Origin: Spirochaetota bacterium
GTDB taxonomy: Bacteria; Spirochaetota; Spirochaetia; DSM-2461
NCBI GenBank assembly: GCA_003644105.1
Contig: QNBK01000001.1
Location: 1 to 53,269, forward strand
Length of the DNA: 53,269 bases
Direction of reading: 5' to 3'
Shown here: in pieces, positions 38,812 through 48,960 of the stretch
Layout: each line of letters starts with the position of its first letter
Position numbering within the stretch: position 1 is the stretch's first letter
Position numbers and translations under genes: made by a program
Notes under the pieces: generated by a model
Told to the model about the DNA's origin: nothing
Database searches by the model: none
Seen by the model: the letters and a program-made list of their open reading frames with translations, nothing else

Positions 38812-38957
38812 CAGGGAAAGCATGGTTTCATACCATTCATTAAGGGTTACAACACCAGAGAATAATCGTCAATCACATTATTGCTTCTTTTAAGAGAAAC
38901 ATGCGGATTTTTTTATATTGATGGAGGTTTGAGTAACGATGCCGCTATACTTGTATC

Positions 38958-40313
38958 ATGGAATATATTGTTGCCTCATGTTCTGATAAGATTATCACCG
39001 AGCGGATCAGGAAGGTTGTGGAGGAAGATTTCCACAACGAGTTTCTTTTACAGTTTCCTTCTTCTGAGAAGGCTATACTTGAACGGTTGAACTTTGAGCT
39101 TCCTGAGCTGGTAATTATCAATTTTTCAGATGAGGGGTTGAGTTCTGAATATTTAAGAGACCAGATACTTCAGGATTCCTGGCTTCACAATTTCGGAATT
39201 GTCGGTTTGTACGACCGCAAATCCGACAAAGAAGAGGCGATACTTGAAGCCAACAAGGATATCAACCTTCTTACCCTTATTGATTTCTCCAGAATTGAAA
39301 GTCACCTGGGGAAGTCCCTGCGAATCATCAACACCAACCGTCAGCTGATATTTCAGGGTTTTCTTGCGGATAAGCTTGTAAACCGAATGACCGGTTCCTT
39401 CCAGATTGATAATCACGACTACCTTGTTTCTCCGGTTTATGGAGGTTTGCTGGCCATCAGTCTGGTCCGCATGGGGAAAATCCCGGCAGAAGACCGGCAT
39501 GGAGTTCAGATGGCTTTAAGTGAGCTCATCCTGAACTCGATTGAACATGGAAATTGCGGTATCAGCTATTCGGAAAAGAGCGATTGGATGGCTACCGGAG
39601 AGTCTATTTATGAACTGATTGCAGAGCGTTGCAAAGAACCGAAAATTGCCGGCCGCAAAGTAACCCTTAATTGGGATATTGATGATGAACTCTGTAAGTT
39701 CACCATACGGGATGAAGGTGTTGGATTTGATGTTCTGTCCTTCCGGGAGAAGCTGAAAAGTGATGCCAGAGACCGGCTTCACGGCCGGGGAATCATTATG
39801 GCTCAGATGGTTGCATCTAAACTGCTGTACAATAAAACCGGAAATCAGGTTTCACTGCAGATCAAGCTTCACAAGGATGTGGAAAATGCCGCACCTGCCG
39901 GATTCTCCGATGAAGAGGTAATACGGGTGAAGGCCGGGGATACTTTGATGCGCTCAGGTGAGTTCGGGGACTGTATCTACTATATCTCCAGCGGTAAGTA
40001 CACGGTTTATCACCGGGGTAACCCGGTAGGCAGGATTACTCCTGCAGATATTTTTATGGGAGAAATGGCCTTCTTATTGAATAATGCCCGAAGTGCGACA
40101 GTTGTTGCCGATACCCCGGGTCAGGTTATAAAAATCCCGAGAAAGTCTTTTATTGAAGTTGTGAAGAACTACCCTCAGTACTCAATTTTTCTCTCGAAGA
40201 TACTTGCTCAGAAACTGGTGAGATCCAATGAGAGTGTTGCCGCTGAGCATACGGCATCACAATCCCTGCATAGTGATTGCGATGATACCGACCCTGATGT
40301 GCTGGAAGTGTAA
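38958..40313 (+). CDS. Receiver-like + HATPase_c (RsbW-like) + cyclic-nucleotide-binding domain protein
   Basis: ELILNSIEHG, IRDEG.GFD, HGRGI; cNMP motifs YYISSG, FMGEMA, RSATV. Confidence 0.82.
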   Translation: MEYIVASCSDKIITERIRKVVEEDFHNEFLLQFPSSEKAILERLNFELPELVIINFSDEGLSSEYLRDQILQDSWLHNFGIVGLYDRKSDKEEAILEANKDINLLTLIDFSRIESHLGKSLRIINTNRQLIFQGFLADKLVNRMTGSFQIDNHDYLVSPVYGGLLAISLVRMGKIPAEDRHGVQMALSELILNSIEHGNCGISYSEKSDWMATGESIYELIAERCKEPKIAGRKVTLNWDIDDELCKFTIRDEGVGFDVLSFREKLKSDARDRLHGRGIIMAQMVASKLLYNKTGNQVSLQIKLHKDVENAAPAGFSDEEVIRVKAGDTLMRSGEFGDCIYYISSGKYTVYHRGNPVGRITPADIFMGEMAFLLNNARSATVVADTPGQVIKIPRKSFIEVVKNYPQYSIFLSKILAQKLVRSNESVAAEHTASQSLHSDCDDTDPDVLEV

Positions 40314-40364
40314 TGACACTATGAAATCCTGAATATCCTTCAGTCCGGGGAATAAGCATCCGGA

Positions 40365-42152
40365 TCAGGCTTTGTCTTCTTGTTTCTCCTCGATAATCGC
40401 CAGTTTGAGGTCGGCCAGCTGGTCTGCATCCACAGGGGAGGGACTGTTGTCCATAGGGCTGATTCCCTGGGTGTTCTTGGGGAAGGCAATCACATCCCGG
40501 ATTGTATTCATCTGGGCCATTACCATTACCATTCGATCGAAACCAACAGCCAGACCGGCGTGGGGCGGGGCTCCGTAACGGAAGGCTTCAAGGAGGAAGC
40601 CGAAGCGTTCTTCCGCCTCTTTTTTCGGGAATCCGACAATATCGAAAACCCGGCTTTGTATGGCCGGATCGTGGATACGGACCGATCCTGATGCCAGCTC
40701 GTTTCCATTAAGCACCATGTCGTAGAGGTCTCCCAGAACTTCCCCGGGATTCTCCTCCATTGTATCCAGGAACCTTTCCTGGGGCATGGAGAACATATGG
40801 TGAGCTGGCTCCCAGTTTCCGGTCTCTTCATTTTTCTCAAAGAGCGGGAAGTCAATTACCCAGCAGAACTTGAACTCTTCGGGTTTTGTCAGCCCCAGAT
40901 CGGCGCCGAGCTTTACCCGGACAGCTCCCAGGGATGTAACTGCGGTTTTCCAGTCCGATCCCATCAGAAGAATAAGATCTCCTTCTTTTGCATCCAGATT
41001 GTTCTTAATTGCGGCAGCCTGTTCGGTGTAGAACTTTGAAACACCGCCGTCTAAACCTTCTGCAGTTACTTTCATCCACGCAAGACCCCTGGCCCCCCGG
41101 GATTTGGCAACGTCCTCAAGTTCACTTATCTTCTTTCGGGAATAGACCTCGGCTGCAGCGGGTACAACCATGGCTTTTACCGTGCCACCGGATTCCAGAA
41201 CAGATTTGAAAACCCCGAACTCAGAGCCGGACACAAAAGGTGCAAAATCCTGGAACTTCATATTAAAACGGAGGTCGGGCTTATCAGAGCCGTAATTCTC
41301 CATAGCTTCCTGCCAGGAGAGCCTGGGGAAGGGAGTGGGTACATCGACATCAAGCACATCTTTAAAGGTTTTCACCATCATGCCTTCAACTGTTTCAAGC
41401 ACATCATCCCGGCTGGCAAAACTCATCTCCAGGTCGATCTGTGTGAATTCCGGCTGGCGGTCTCCCCGGGCATCTTCATCCCGGTAACATCGGGCAATCT
41501 GGTAGTAGCGGTCGGTTCCCCCGGCCATGAGTATCTGCTTGTAGAGCTGGGGGGACTGGGGCAGGGCGTAAAAACGGCCCGGATTTACCCGGGACGGTAC
41601 GAGGTAGTCCCGGGCGCCTTCGGGAGTGGATTTAATGAGAGTGGGTGTTTCCACTTCCCAGAAGCCCTTATCGGTGAGGTAATTACGGACCGCCCAGGTG
41701 GCATCATGACGCATTTTTATTCTGTCCTGCATCCCCTGAGTTCTCAGGTGCAGGTAGCGGTATTTCAGGCGCAGATTCTCGTTGGGCTCCTCTTCACTAT
41801 CAACCATGAAAGGCAGGGGCAGGCAGCTGTTGAGTACTTCCAGCTCTGAAACCGCCAGTTCCACCTCACCGGTGGCCATGTCTTCATTAACCATGCCCTC
41901 AGGCCGGGCCCGGACGGTGCCCACAGCGGCAACGCAGAACTCCATCTTCAGTTCCGATGCAGTGTTTCTCAAGTCTTCTGAGGCTTCCTCATCAATCACA
42001 ACCTGGGTAATACCGTATCGGTCCCGAAGGTTGATGAAATGGACACCGCCATGATCGCGGTTTCTGTGAATCCAGCCGTTTAGGGTGACGGTCTTTCCGA
42101 CATCGCCGATGGTGAGTTGTCCGCAGTTGACGGTTCGCCTGTTCTTTTCCAT
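40365..42152 (-). CDS. aspS: Aspartyl-tRNA synthetase, probably non-discriminating
   Basis: RDHGG..F..LRD, RLKYRYL, STPEGARD, LPQSPQ, RDED.R.DRQPEFTQID, GAPPH.G...G.DR, IAFPK. Confidence 0.96.
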   Translation of the reverse strand: MEKNRRTVNCGQLTIGDVGKTVTLNGWIHRNRDHGGVHFINLRDRYGITQVVIDEEASEDLRNTASELKMEFCVAAVGTVRARPEGMVNEDMATGEVELAVSELEVLNSCLPLPFMVDSEEEPNENLRLKYRYLHLRTQGMQDRIKMRHDATWAVRNYLTDKGFWEVETPTLIKSTPEGARDYLVPSRVNPGRFYALPQSPQLYKQILMAGGTDRYYQIARCYRDEDARGDRQPEFTQIDLEMSFASRDDVLETVEGMMVKTFKDVLDVDVPTPFPRLSWQEAMENYGSDKPDLRFNMKFQDFAPFVSGSEFGVFKSVLESGGTVKAMVVPAAAEVYSRKKISELEDVAKSRGARGLAWMKVTAEGLDGGVSKFYTEQAAAIKNNLDAKEGDLILLMGSDWKTAVTSLGAVRVKLGADLGLTKPEEFKFCWVIDFPLFEKNEETGNWEPAHHMFSMPQERFLDTMEENPGEVLGDLYDMVLNGNELASGSVRIHDPAIQSRVFDIVGFPKKEAEERFGFLLEAFRYGAPPHAGLAVGFDRMVMVMAQMNTIRDVIAFPKNTQGISPMDNSPSPVDADQLADLKLAIIEEKQEDKA

Positions 42153-42206
42153 AAAATGGAATCTACCACGGAGAGGGTTTTGGGTGAAGATGGGGCAGTG
42201 GCTGTC

Positions 42207-44453
42207 TTACCTCATCACGGTAAAACTTTTTCTGCCGCTCAGCAGATTGAAAACCGGAATAAACATCAGCACCAGCCCTATGGAAAGGCCCATCAGAAGT
42301 ATGCTGTGTCCACGGGCGATCTGATAAAAGAGTGTCGCAACACTCCAGGCCAGAACTGTGAGATACACGACAGCCAGAGCTCCGAATTTCGGCCCGATTT
42401 CCCTAATCATCGCTCCCATGGCCGCAACACAGGGAATGTAAATGAGAACGAACAGCAGGTATGCGTAGGCCCGAACCCAGTCATTTCCAAATGAGTTCTG
42501 CATGGCGGTAAAGGTGTTGTCCTTGGGATTGGTCTGTCCAACGGCGGCGTTGCCTCCGAAAATACCGGAAAGTGCCCGGGGAATGGATTTGAATGCGTCC
42601 TCCAATGATTCTGAGAGGGAGAACGCTTCATTATTTTCCATATCTGCAGTACCGGTATTACCTGATTCTCCTGCGGCAATCTGGCCGTAAAGGCTGTTGA
42701 TCGTTCCAACAATCGCCTCTTTGGCAAAAATCCCGGTTATCAGTCCGACGGTGGCCGGCCAGTTTTCTTTTTCAATACCCATGGGGGTAAACACAGGTGT
42801 GATGGTTCGGCTTATTTCGGCAAGCACGGAGTTCTCTCCGTCTTCATTGCCGAAGCTGCCGTCTGTGCCCAGAGAATTGAAAAACGAAAGAATCAAAACC
42901 GCAATAATTATTACCTGCCCCGCTTTGGTGATAAAAACTTTTAACCGGTTCCAGGTTCTTATCATAATTGTCCTGATTTGAGGCGGATGGTATGGGGGCA
43001 GCTCCATCGCAAAATGGGTTGCTTCTCCCTTAAATAATGTATTTTTAAGTAAAAATCCCGTGGTTACAGCCATCAGAATTCCGAACAGATACAAGCTTAC
43101 CACCATGATTCCCGAGTAACGTCCGAAGAACGCTGCACCGAACAGGGCATATACAGGCAGTCGGGCACCGCAGGACATGAAAGGCGTCATAAATACGGTG
43201 AGGTATCGGTCTTTTTTATTCTCCAGAGTTCTGGTGGCCATAATTGCGGGCACTGTGCAGCCGAAACCGACAAGCATAGGTACAAAAGCCTTTCCCGGGA
43301 GACCTATCATTCTCATAAAGCGGTCCATTACATAGGATGCCCGGGCCATGTAGCCGGAGTCTTCAAGCAGGGAGAGCATGAAGAACATTGTAAATATAAT
43401 GGGAATAAAAGTTGCAACTGTCTGTATGCCCCCGCCTACTCCGTTGGCAAGAAGGACGCTGAGCCATTGAGGAATTCCCATTTTATCCAGGAGAACTCCG
43501 AAGCCGTCGACAAAAATGGAACCGAATAGAATATCAAAGAAGTCGATAAAAGCACCGCCGATTCGGGTTACAACCCAGAACAATAGAAATATTACGGCAA
43601 GGAACGTTGGAACCCCCAGCCACTTATTCAAGACGAGCTGGTCTATCTTGTCGGAAAAAGCTTTGTTTGATTTCCTTTTTTTTGTACAGGAATCAGTTAT
43701 GGATGTAATCAGCTCATATTTTGTTTCGGCAATAACAATATCCGGAGTGTCTCCCCTTATCTCCTCAATTTCCTTCATCCCGGTTTTTATCTCATCTTTG
43801 CTGAGGAGTCCCTCCGAGAGGATTCTCTCTGTTGTCTCTTCATCTTCTTCAAAAAGAAGAACAGATGAAAACCGTGGATTATCACCAAGTTTTCCCGACC
43901 ATTTTTGAATAACTTTTTCCACTGATTCGGGGTAGGTAACGATAAAATTCGGAATGGTTTCATTTCCCAGAGTTTCTCTGATGGTTCGGCGGATATCTTT
44001 GATATCATCACTGTTCAATGCACTGATGCTGATAACGGGGATGCCCAGAGCTTTTGATAACTTTGAGGTATTAATTCTGATACCTCGTCTTGAAGCAATA
44101 TCCATCATGTTCAACACGAGAATGATGGGTATCCGCATTTCCAGCAGGGTGAGGGTGAGAAAAAGGTTCCGCTCGAGGTTTGAGGCATCGGCGATGTTCA
44201 CCACAAGATTGGTTTTCCCCGAGAGCATAAAATTCCGGGCCACCAGTTCATCCTCACTGACGGCGTTTAATGAGTAAATACCCGGAAGATCGACAACTTC
44301 TATCGAGTCTGCCCCAAGGAGCTTCCCGGTTTTTTTTTCTACAGTAACACCGGGCCAGTTCCCGATGTGCTGGGTGCTCCCGGTAAGACCGTTGAACAGA
44401 GTTGTTTTCCCGCAATTCGGATTGCCGACAACGGCGACTGTGGTTTTATTCAT
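42207..44453 (-). CDS. feoB: Ferrous iron transport protein B
   Basis: GNPNCGKT, GNWPGVTVEKK, DLPG.YS, NMMD, EDSGY.AR, FGC, CGARL, ELPPY, AKE, YIPC. Confidence 0.96.
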   Translation of the reverse strand: MNKTTVAVVGNPNCGKTTLFNGLTGSTQHIGNWPGVTVEKKTGKLLGADSIEVVDLPGIYSLNAVSEDELVARNFMLSGKTNLVVNIADASNLERNLFLTLTLLEMRIPIILVLNMMDIASRRGIRINTSKLSKALGIPVISISALNSDDIKDIRRTIRETLGNETIPNFIVTYPESVEKVIQKWSGKLGDNPRFSSVLLFEEDEETTERILSEGLLSKDEIKTGMKEIEEIRGDTPDIVIAETKYELITSITDSCTKKRKSNKAFSDKIDQLVLNKWLGVPTFLAVIFLLFWVVTRIGGAFIDFFDILFGSIFVDGFGVLLDKMGIPQWLSVLLANGVGGGIQTVATFIPIIFTMFFMLSLLEDSGYMARASYVMDRFMRMIGLPGKAFVPMLVGFGCTVPAIMATRTLENKKDRYLTVFMTPFMSCGARLPVYALFGAAFFGRYSGIMVVSLYLFGILMAVTTGFLLKNTLFKGEATHFAMELPPYHPPQIRTIMIRTWNRLKVFITKAGQVIIIAVLILSFFNSLGTDGSFGNEDGENSVLAEISRTITPVFTPMGIEKENWPATVGLITGIFAKEAIVGTINSLYGQIAAGESGNTGTADMENNEAFSLSESLEDAFKSIPRALSGIFGGNAAVGQTNPKDNTFTAMQNSFGNDWVRAYAYLLFVLIYIPCVAAMGAMIREIGPKFGALAVVYLTVLAWSVATLFYQIARGHSILLMGLSIGLVLMFIPVFNLLSGRKSFTVMR

Positions 44454-44668
44454 CAGCGGACAAAAACCTTCTCGGCCATACCACGGCCCAGTACAACCTG
44501 TCGGCCCATAACGGATAAAAGCATGGGGTTTCTTCCGGCCCGGCGGATAATCGTAACAGGGACACCGGGAATCATTCCCAGATCCATTAGTTTTTTCCGA
44601 GCATTCCGCCCGCCGTCGATTCTTGTTATCACAACTTTACTGCCATCTGATACTTCATTCAAACCCAT
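44453..44668 (-). CDS. feoA: FeoA family protein
   Basis: L..LG..PG.....IRR....P..L.V.G motif; adjacent to feoB. Confidence 0.92.
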   Translation of the reverse strand: MGLNEVSDGSKVVITRIDGGRNARKKLMDLGMIPGVPVTIIRRAGRNPMLLSVMGRQVVLGRGMAEKVFVR

Positions 44669-45180
44669 CAGCGTGCCCCTGCGACAGAGTGTTTTTTACT
44701 GCTCATATAGTTTGCCGGGGAAGCAAGATTTCCCGGTGAAACATTGTTTGTTTTACAAAACCGGGCAAAAGCTTCTCCCCAGTTTGCTTCGATTGCTGTA
44801 TCGGTGGATATAAACTTCATGAATTGAAGGAATCGAGCCATCACTTCCGGAGACATCGTATGTTCCAGTCTGCAGGCCGTTTCATTGGCGGCTTCCCTGT
44901 CAACTCCAAGTATGTTGACAAAAAACCCCCGGAATACCTGATGCGTCTCAGATAAACGGCGGGCTTGTTTGAAACCGGGTTCTGTAAGAGAAATGACTCC
45001 ATAAGGCTCATAATTAATAAACCCGGAATCCCTCAGGCTTCTTAAAGCCACAGTTACAGAAGAGTTTTTTACATTGAGCCGTTGGGCAATGTCTTTCACT
45101 CTTACCCCGCCTTTCACATCGATGATGTCATAGATGGCTTCCAGGTAATCTTCCAACGCCTCAGTTAAGTCTTTACTCAT
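44668..45180 (-). CDS. DtxR/MntR family metal-dependent repressor
   Basis: EDYLEAIY, V.VKDIA..L.V..SSV, LT..G, H, E.ACRLEH. Confidence 0.92.
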   Translation of the reverse strand: MSKDLTEALEDYLEAIYDIIDVKGGVRVKDIAQRLNVKNSSVTVALRSLRDSGFINYEPYGVISLTEPGFKQARRLSETHQVFRGFFVNILGVDREAANETACRLEHTMSPEVMARFLQFMKFISTDTAIEANWGEAFARFCKTNNVSPGNLASPANYMSSKKHSVAGAR

Positions 45181-45203
45181 AATACTTCACTCTGGTAATA
45201 CTT

Positions 45204-45245
45204 TTAGTCCACTCTAATAATACGAGTTAATCAACATTATGTCAA
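45204..45245 (-). promoter_or_regulatory. Promoter for the DtxR-feoAB operon with a putative DtxR-family operator
   Basis: Minus-strand TTGACA (45245-45240)-17 bp-TATTAT (45222-45217); TTAG-N6-CTAA at 45204-45217. Confidence 0.55.
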
Positions 45246-45394
45246 TAGAACGGGTAGAATTCATCCACAGAAAGGGGTACAGACGGGTTGAACAGCTTCA
45301 GGAACTTATCAGTTTAATGGAACCCTTAAAGTGAAAACATAATTAAGAATAAAGAGAAGTCATGCTCTCTTCCAGAATAATTTTGTGGGGAAAG

Positions 45395-45439
45395 TTGACA
45401 ATAACAATGAGACGATGTATTAATTAAGCAACTGTTTAA
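45395..45439 (+). promoter_or_regulatory. Promoter with a putative ArsR/SmtB operator
   Basis: TTGACA(45395)-17 bp-TATTAA(45418); imperfect inverted repeat TTAAGCA-AC-TGTTTAA at 45424-45439. Confidence 0.55.
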
Positions 45440-45455
45440 GCGTGTGGAGTTTTCA

Positions 45456-45836
45456 ATGGCTGATAATGCACAGGATGTCTGTTCTGAATATGGTGTTTCT
45501 GTAGAAGAAGATGCGGCTCGTCTCCGGGATTCCCTGTTGGAAGTGGCAGGTTTATCAGAACTGTTCAAGGTTCTCGCAGATGAAACCCGTACTCGAATTC
45601 TTTTCCTTCTCTCAAAAAGGGAACTCTGTGTCTGCGATCTGGCTCTGATTCTTGAAATGAGTCTTCCGGCTGTGAGCCATCACCTCCGGCTGTTGAAAGT
45701 GATGCGGCTGGTTGCCTATAGAAGAGAGGGTAAGCAGGTATTTTACCGTCTGGATGATGAACATGTTGTTGAGCTGATTTCGGTGGCAGGGAAACATTTC
45801 GGTGAAATGAGAGAAACCGGAGGCCGCAATGACTGA
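45456..45836 (+). CDS. ArsR/SmtB (CadC-like) metal-sensing repressor
   Basis: FKVLADETR, ELCVCDLA, S.PAVSHHLR.L, RREGKQVFY, DEHV; N-terminal Cys; ATG 45456 after GGAG. Confidence 0.9.
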   Translation: MADNAQDVCSEYGVSVEEDAARLRDSLLEVAGLSELFKVLADETRTRILFLLSKRELCVCDLALILEMSLPAVSHHLRLLKVMRLVAYRREGKQVFYRLDDEHVVELISVAGKHFGEMRETGGRND

Positions 45837-47982
45837 TGTCTTGAAAACTGAAAAAAATATCAGATATGAGTTAAGCGGTGTTGACTGCCCCACGTGCGCC
45901 ATCGGGATAGAACAGGCTCTTCACGGGAAAGACGGCCTGGAAACTGCGGTAGTTGACTTTGCCGGAGGGGCCATCAGATTCAATCCGGTTTATGAAGAAA
46001 CGGTAATCTCTGTTTTGAAAGATGTAGAACCCAATGCCCGGATAAAAGCTTCCTCTGCTGCAGAAGTCCTGCCGGATGCCGATACATCAACGATAAATAG
46101 AATATTCAGTTTTATACCGTTAAGGCTTCTTTCCTCTTTAGTGCTCTTTGCCCTCGGTCTTACAGCTCTGAGTCTGGAGCTGGGAACACCCTGGCCGGAA
46201 TGGATACTCTTTGCTGCCTCTTATGCTCTTGCCGGTTATCCGGTGGTCTTCGGTGCCGTCCGGAACATTCTCAAAGGGCGTATCATTGATGAGTTATTTC
46301 TCATGACCGTGGCAACTATCGGAGCCTTTGCCATTGGTGAGCTCCCTGAAGCCGCCGCGGTGATGTTGTTTTACGCAGTGGGTGAAGCGTTGCAGGACAG
46401 GGCTGTTTCCCGATCCCGGGATGCCATTCGCGGGACTATGGCCCTGCGTGTGAGTACGGCTCGTCTGGTATCGGACAATGAAGTTCGTGAAGTCTCCCCA
46501 GAATCTGTGGGAATCGGCAGCATTATTGAGATACTTCCCGGTGATTCTGTTCCTTTGGACGGTATGGTAACCGAAGGTGAGTCCTGGGTGGATACTTCGG
46601 CATTAACCGGGGAATCAGTGCCCCGGAGAGTTTCCCCGGGAGATACACTTTCAGCAGGCTTTATTAATGAGGACGGTCGAATCAGGCTGCAGACAACAAA
46701 GGAATACGGTGATAGTGCCATTGCCAAAGTCAAGAAATTACTGGATGAGGCTTCCTCCAGAAAATCTAAAACAGAAATGGTTTTAAGCCGGTTTGCCGCC
46801 ATCTACACTCCGGTTGTCGTCGGCCTGGCCGCACTTCTTATTTTTATTCTGCCCCTCTTTTTCGATTGGACGTTTTCCGATTCGACTTACAGCGCCATGA
46901 TATTACTGGTTATTTCCTGCCCGTGCGCTTTGGTTGTATCTGTTCCACTGGCTTATTTTGCAGGTATCGGCCGGGCTTCCCGGGATAAAACGCTGCTCCG
47001 GGGATCGGATATCCTTGACGGACTCAGCAGGGTAAAAACCTTTGTTTTTGACAAAACAGGTACTCTAACCGAGGGGGATTTCCGTCTTCAGTCAATTGTA
47101 CCCGCCGGGGATTGGGATTCTGAGTCTCTTCTGGAAACAGCCGCTGAGGTTCTTACTCTCTCCAACCATCCGATTGCCCGGTCTGTCCGTGATGCATGGG
47201 GTGGTATTACCGAGTCTGATGCGGTTGATTCATTCAAAGAAATAAAGGGAAAAGGTGTTATGGCTGAAGCCGGCGGCAGAAGAATCCTGGCGGGCAGTTC
47301 CACTCTTCTGCTTCAGGAGGGAATCTCATCTCCAAACCCCGAAGAGCCCGGCAGTATCGTTCATCTGGCGGTTGGCGGGAAATATGCCGGTTATCTGTTA
47401 CTCTCTGATTCCATCAAACAGGATAGTGCTGAGGCAATTTCCGAACTTAAAGCAATGGGTACCCGGCATCTGGTGATGCTTACAGGAGACCGTAAGGACC
47501 GGGGAGAACAGGTGGCTCGCAGCCTGGGAATTGATGAGGTGAAAAGTGAACTTCTGCCGGAAGGGAAGATGGCGGCCCTTGAAGATATTATTACCCGTTC
47601 TCCGGAAGATGAAGGTGTTGCCTTTATAGGGGATGGTCTGAACGATGCCCCTGTTATTCTCAGAGCTGATATCGGTATGGCCATGGGGGGATCGGGAACC
47701 GATCTGGCGATTGAGTCTGCGGATGTTGTATTCATGGATGATAATCCCATCAGAATCCCCCGGTTGATGAACCTGGCCCGGTTTACCCGGCGGATCGTGA
47801 TTGGCAATATTGTTTTTGCCCTTGTTATCAAACTGGGTTTTATGGTGCTGGGTGTATTTGCCGGACTGCCGATGTGGGTGGCTGTTATCGGTGATGTCGG
47901 AGTTTCCATTCTTGCCGTTCTGAACTCTCTGAGGATTCTTTACGGATACAAGAGTAATATAGTAATAAAAAAGACGATTTGA
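45829..47982 (+). CDS. Heavy-metal P1B-type ATPase (Zn/Cd, ZntA/CadA-like)
   Basis: G.DCPTCA HMA motif, LTGES, SCPCAL, DKTGTLT, HP, TGD, GDGLNDAP, DVG. Confidence 0.95.
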   Translation: MTDVLKTEKNIRYELSGVDCPTCAIGIEQALHGKDGLETAVVDFAGGAIRFNPVYEETVISVLKDVEPNARIKASSAAEVLPDADTSTINRIFSFIPLRLLSSLVLFALGLTALSLELGTPWPEWILFAASYALAGYPVVFGAVRNILKGRIIDELFLMTVATIGAFAIGELPEAAAVMLFYAVGEALQDRAVSRSRDAIRGTMALRVSTARLVSDNEVREVSPESVGIGSIIEILPGDSVPLDGMVTEGESWVDTSALTGESVPRRVSPGDTLSAGFINEDGRIRLQTTKEYGDSAIAKVKKLLDEASSRKSKTEMVLSRFAAIYTPVVVGLAALLIFILPLFFDWTFSDSTYSAMILLVISCPCALVVSVPLAYFAGIGRASRDKTLLRGSDILDGLSRVKTFVFDKTGTLTEGDFRLQSIVPAGDWDSESLLETAAEVLTLSNHPIARSVRDAWGGITESDAVDSFKEIKGKGVMAEAGGRRILAGSSTLLLQEGISSPNPEEPGSIVHLAVGGKYAGYLLLSDSIKQDSAEAISELKAMGTRHLVMLTGDRKDRGEQVARSLGIDEVKSELLPEGKMAALEDIITRSPEDEGVAFIGDGLNDAPVILRADIGMAMGGSGTDLAIESADVVFMDDNPIRIPRLMNLARFTRRIVIGNIVFALVIKLGFMVLGVFAGLPMWVAVIGDVGVSILAVLNSLRILYGYKSNIVIKKTI

Positions 47983-47994
47983 TATAGTAACAAT

Positions 47995-48960
47995 ATGAAA
48001 AGATTATCAGCGGTTCTGTTTTTATCATTGATTTTTATTTTGTCGATTACTGCCCGTGGGTCTGAAGAGATTCCCGGGAGTGAAACTGTAAGTGTTCATC
48101 TTGTGGTTCCCAACGGAGCCACCCTGGTTCCCATTGCTCTTCTGGATGGAAAATCCATATCAGAGGGATTTGATGTCGAGTTGGAAATAATCAAATCTTC
48201 GGATCTTCTGGGGGCTAAACTGATTTCAGGAGAAGCGGATTTCGCCGTGATACCCAGTAATCTGGCCGCTATAATGGCCAACAAGGGTACGGGTCTCCGA
48301 ATTGCCGGTCCTGTCATATGGGGTCTTTCGTACATCGTTACATCGGAAAACCTGAAGGGATGGGACGATTTAAGAGGGAAGAGTGTTCCAATGATAGGCC
48401 GGGGCCTTACGCCTGATATCACCTTCCGGCATCTGCTGGAGGTGAACGGACTGAATCCGGATGAAGATCTGGAGATAGTCTATGTCTCCGCTGCTACGGA
48501 ACTGGTTCCTACCTTCCTGACAGGCCGGAGTACGGTGTCCATGATGCCGGAACCAATGGTTACCACGGTTCTTTCCAAAAAACCGGATACACGAATTCTT
48601 GTGGATATACAGGAAGAGTGGAGGAAACTGTACGGTTCTTCATACCCTCAGGCTTCTCTGGTTGTTTCCGGTGATTTTGCCGATAAGTATCCGGATTTTA
48701 CCGATGAATTTATCCAGGCTTTTTCTGCATCGGTTGATGCAGCGAAGGCAGACCCTGAAGCAGCCGGGGCCGCGGTTTCAGCCCTGGTACCCGAATTGAA
48801 TGCCGGAATCATTGCCGATGCCATTCCCAGGATGAACCTTGATTTCATGGCAGCTGCCGATGCCCGGGGAGCACTTGAAGATTATTTTGAGGTGTTGAAA
48901 GCTTTTAACCCGGCCACGATCGGGGGTAAAATGCCTGTAGATGATTTCTACCTTCCGTAA
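47995..48960 (+). CDS. NitT/TauT-family ABC substrate-binding protein
   Basis: Signal peptide; GEADFAV.PSN.AA, W.DL.GK, TPD, PEP. Confidence 0.82.
   Translation: MKRLSAVLFLSLIFILSITARGSEEIPGSETVSVHLVVPNGATLVPIALLDGKSISEGFDVELEIIKSSDLLGAKLISGEADFAVIPSNLAAIMANKGTGLRIAGPVIWGLSYIVTSENLKGWDDLRGKSVPMIGRGLTPDITFRHLLEVNGLNPDEDLEIVYVSAATELVPTFLTGRSTVSMMPEPMVTTVLSKKPDTRILVDIQEEWRKLYGSSYPQASLVVSGDFADKYPDFTDEFIQAFSASVDAAKADPEAAGAAVSALVPELNAGIIADAIPRMNLDFMAAADARGALEDYFEVLKAFNPATIGGKMPVDDFYLP

Noticed and set aside
44330-44338. T9 homopolymer in feoB as a phase-variation tract
   Set aside because: In frame and encodes the conserved VEKK motif
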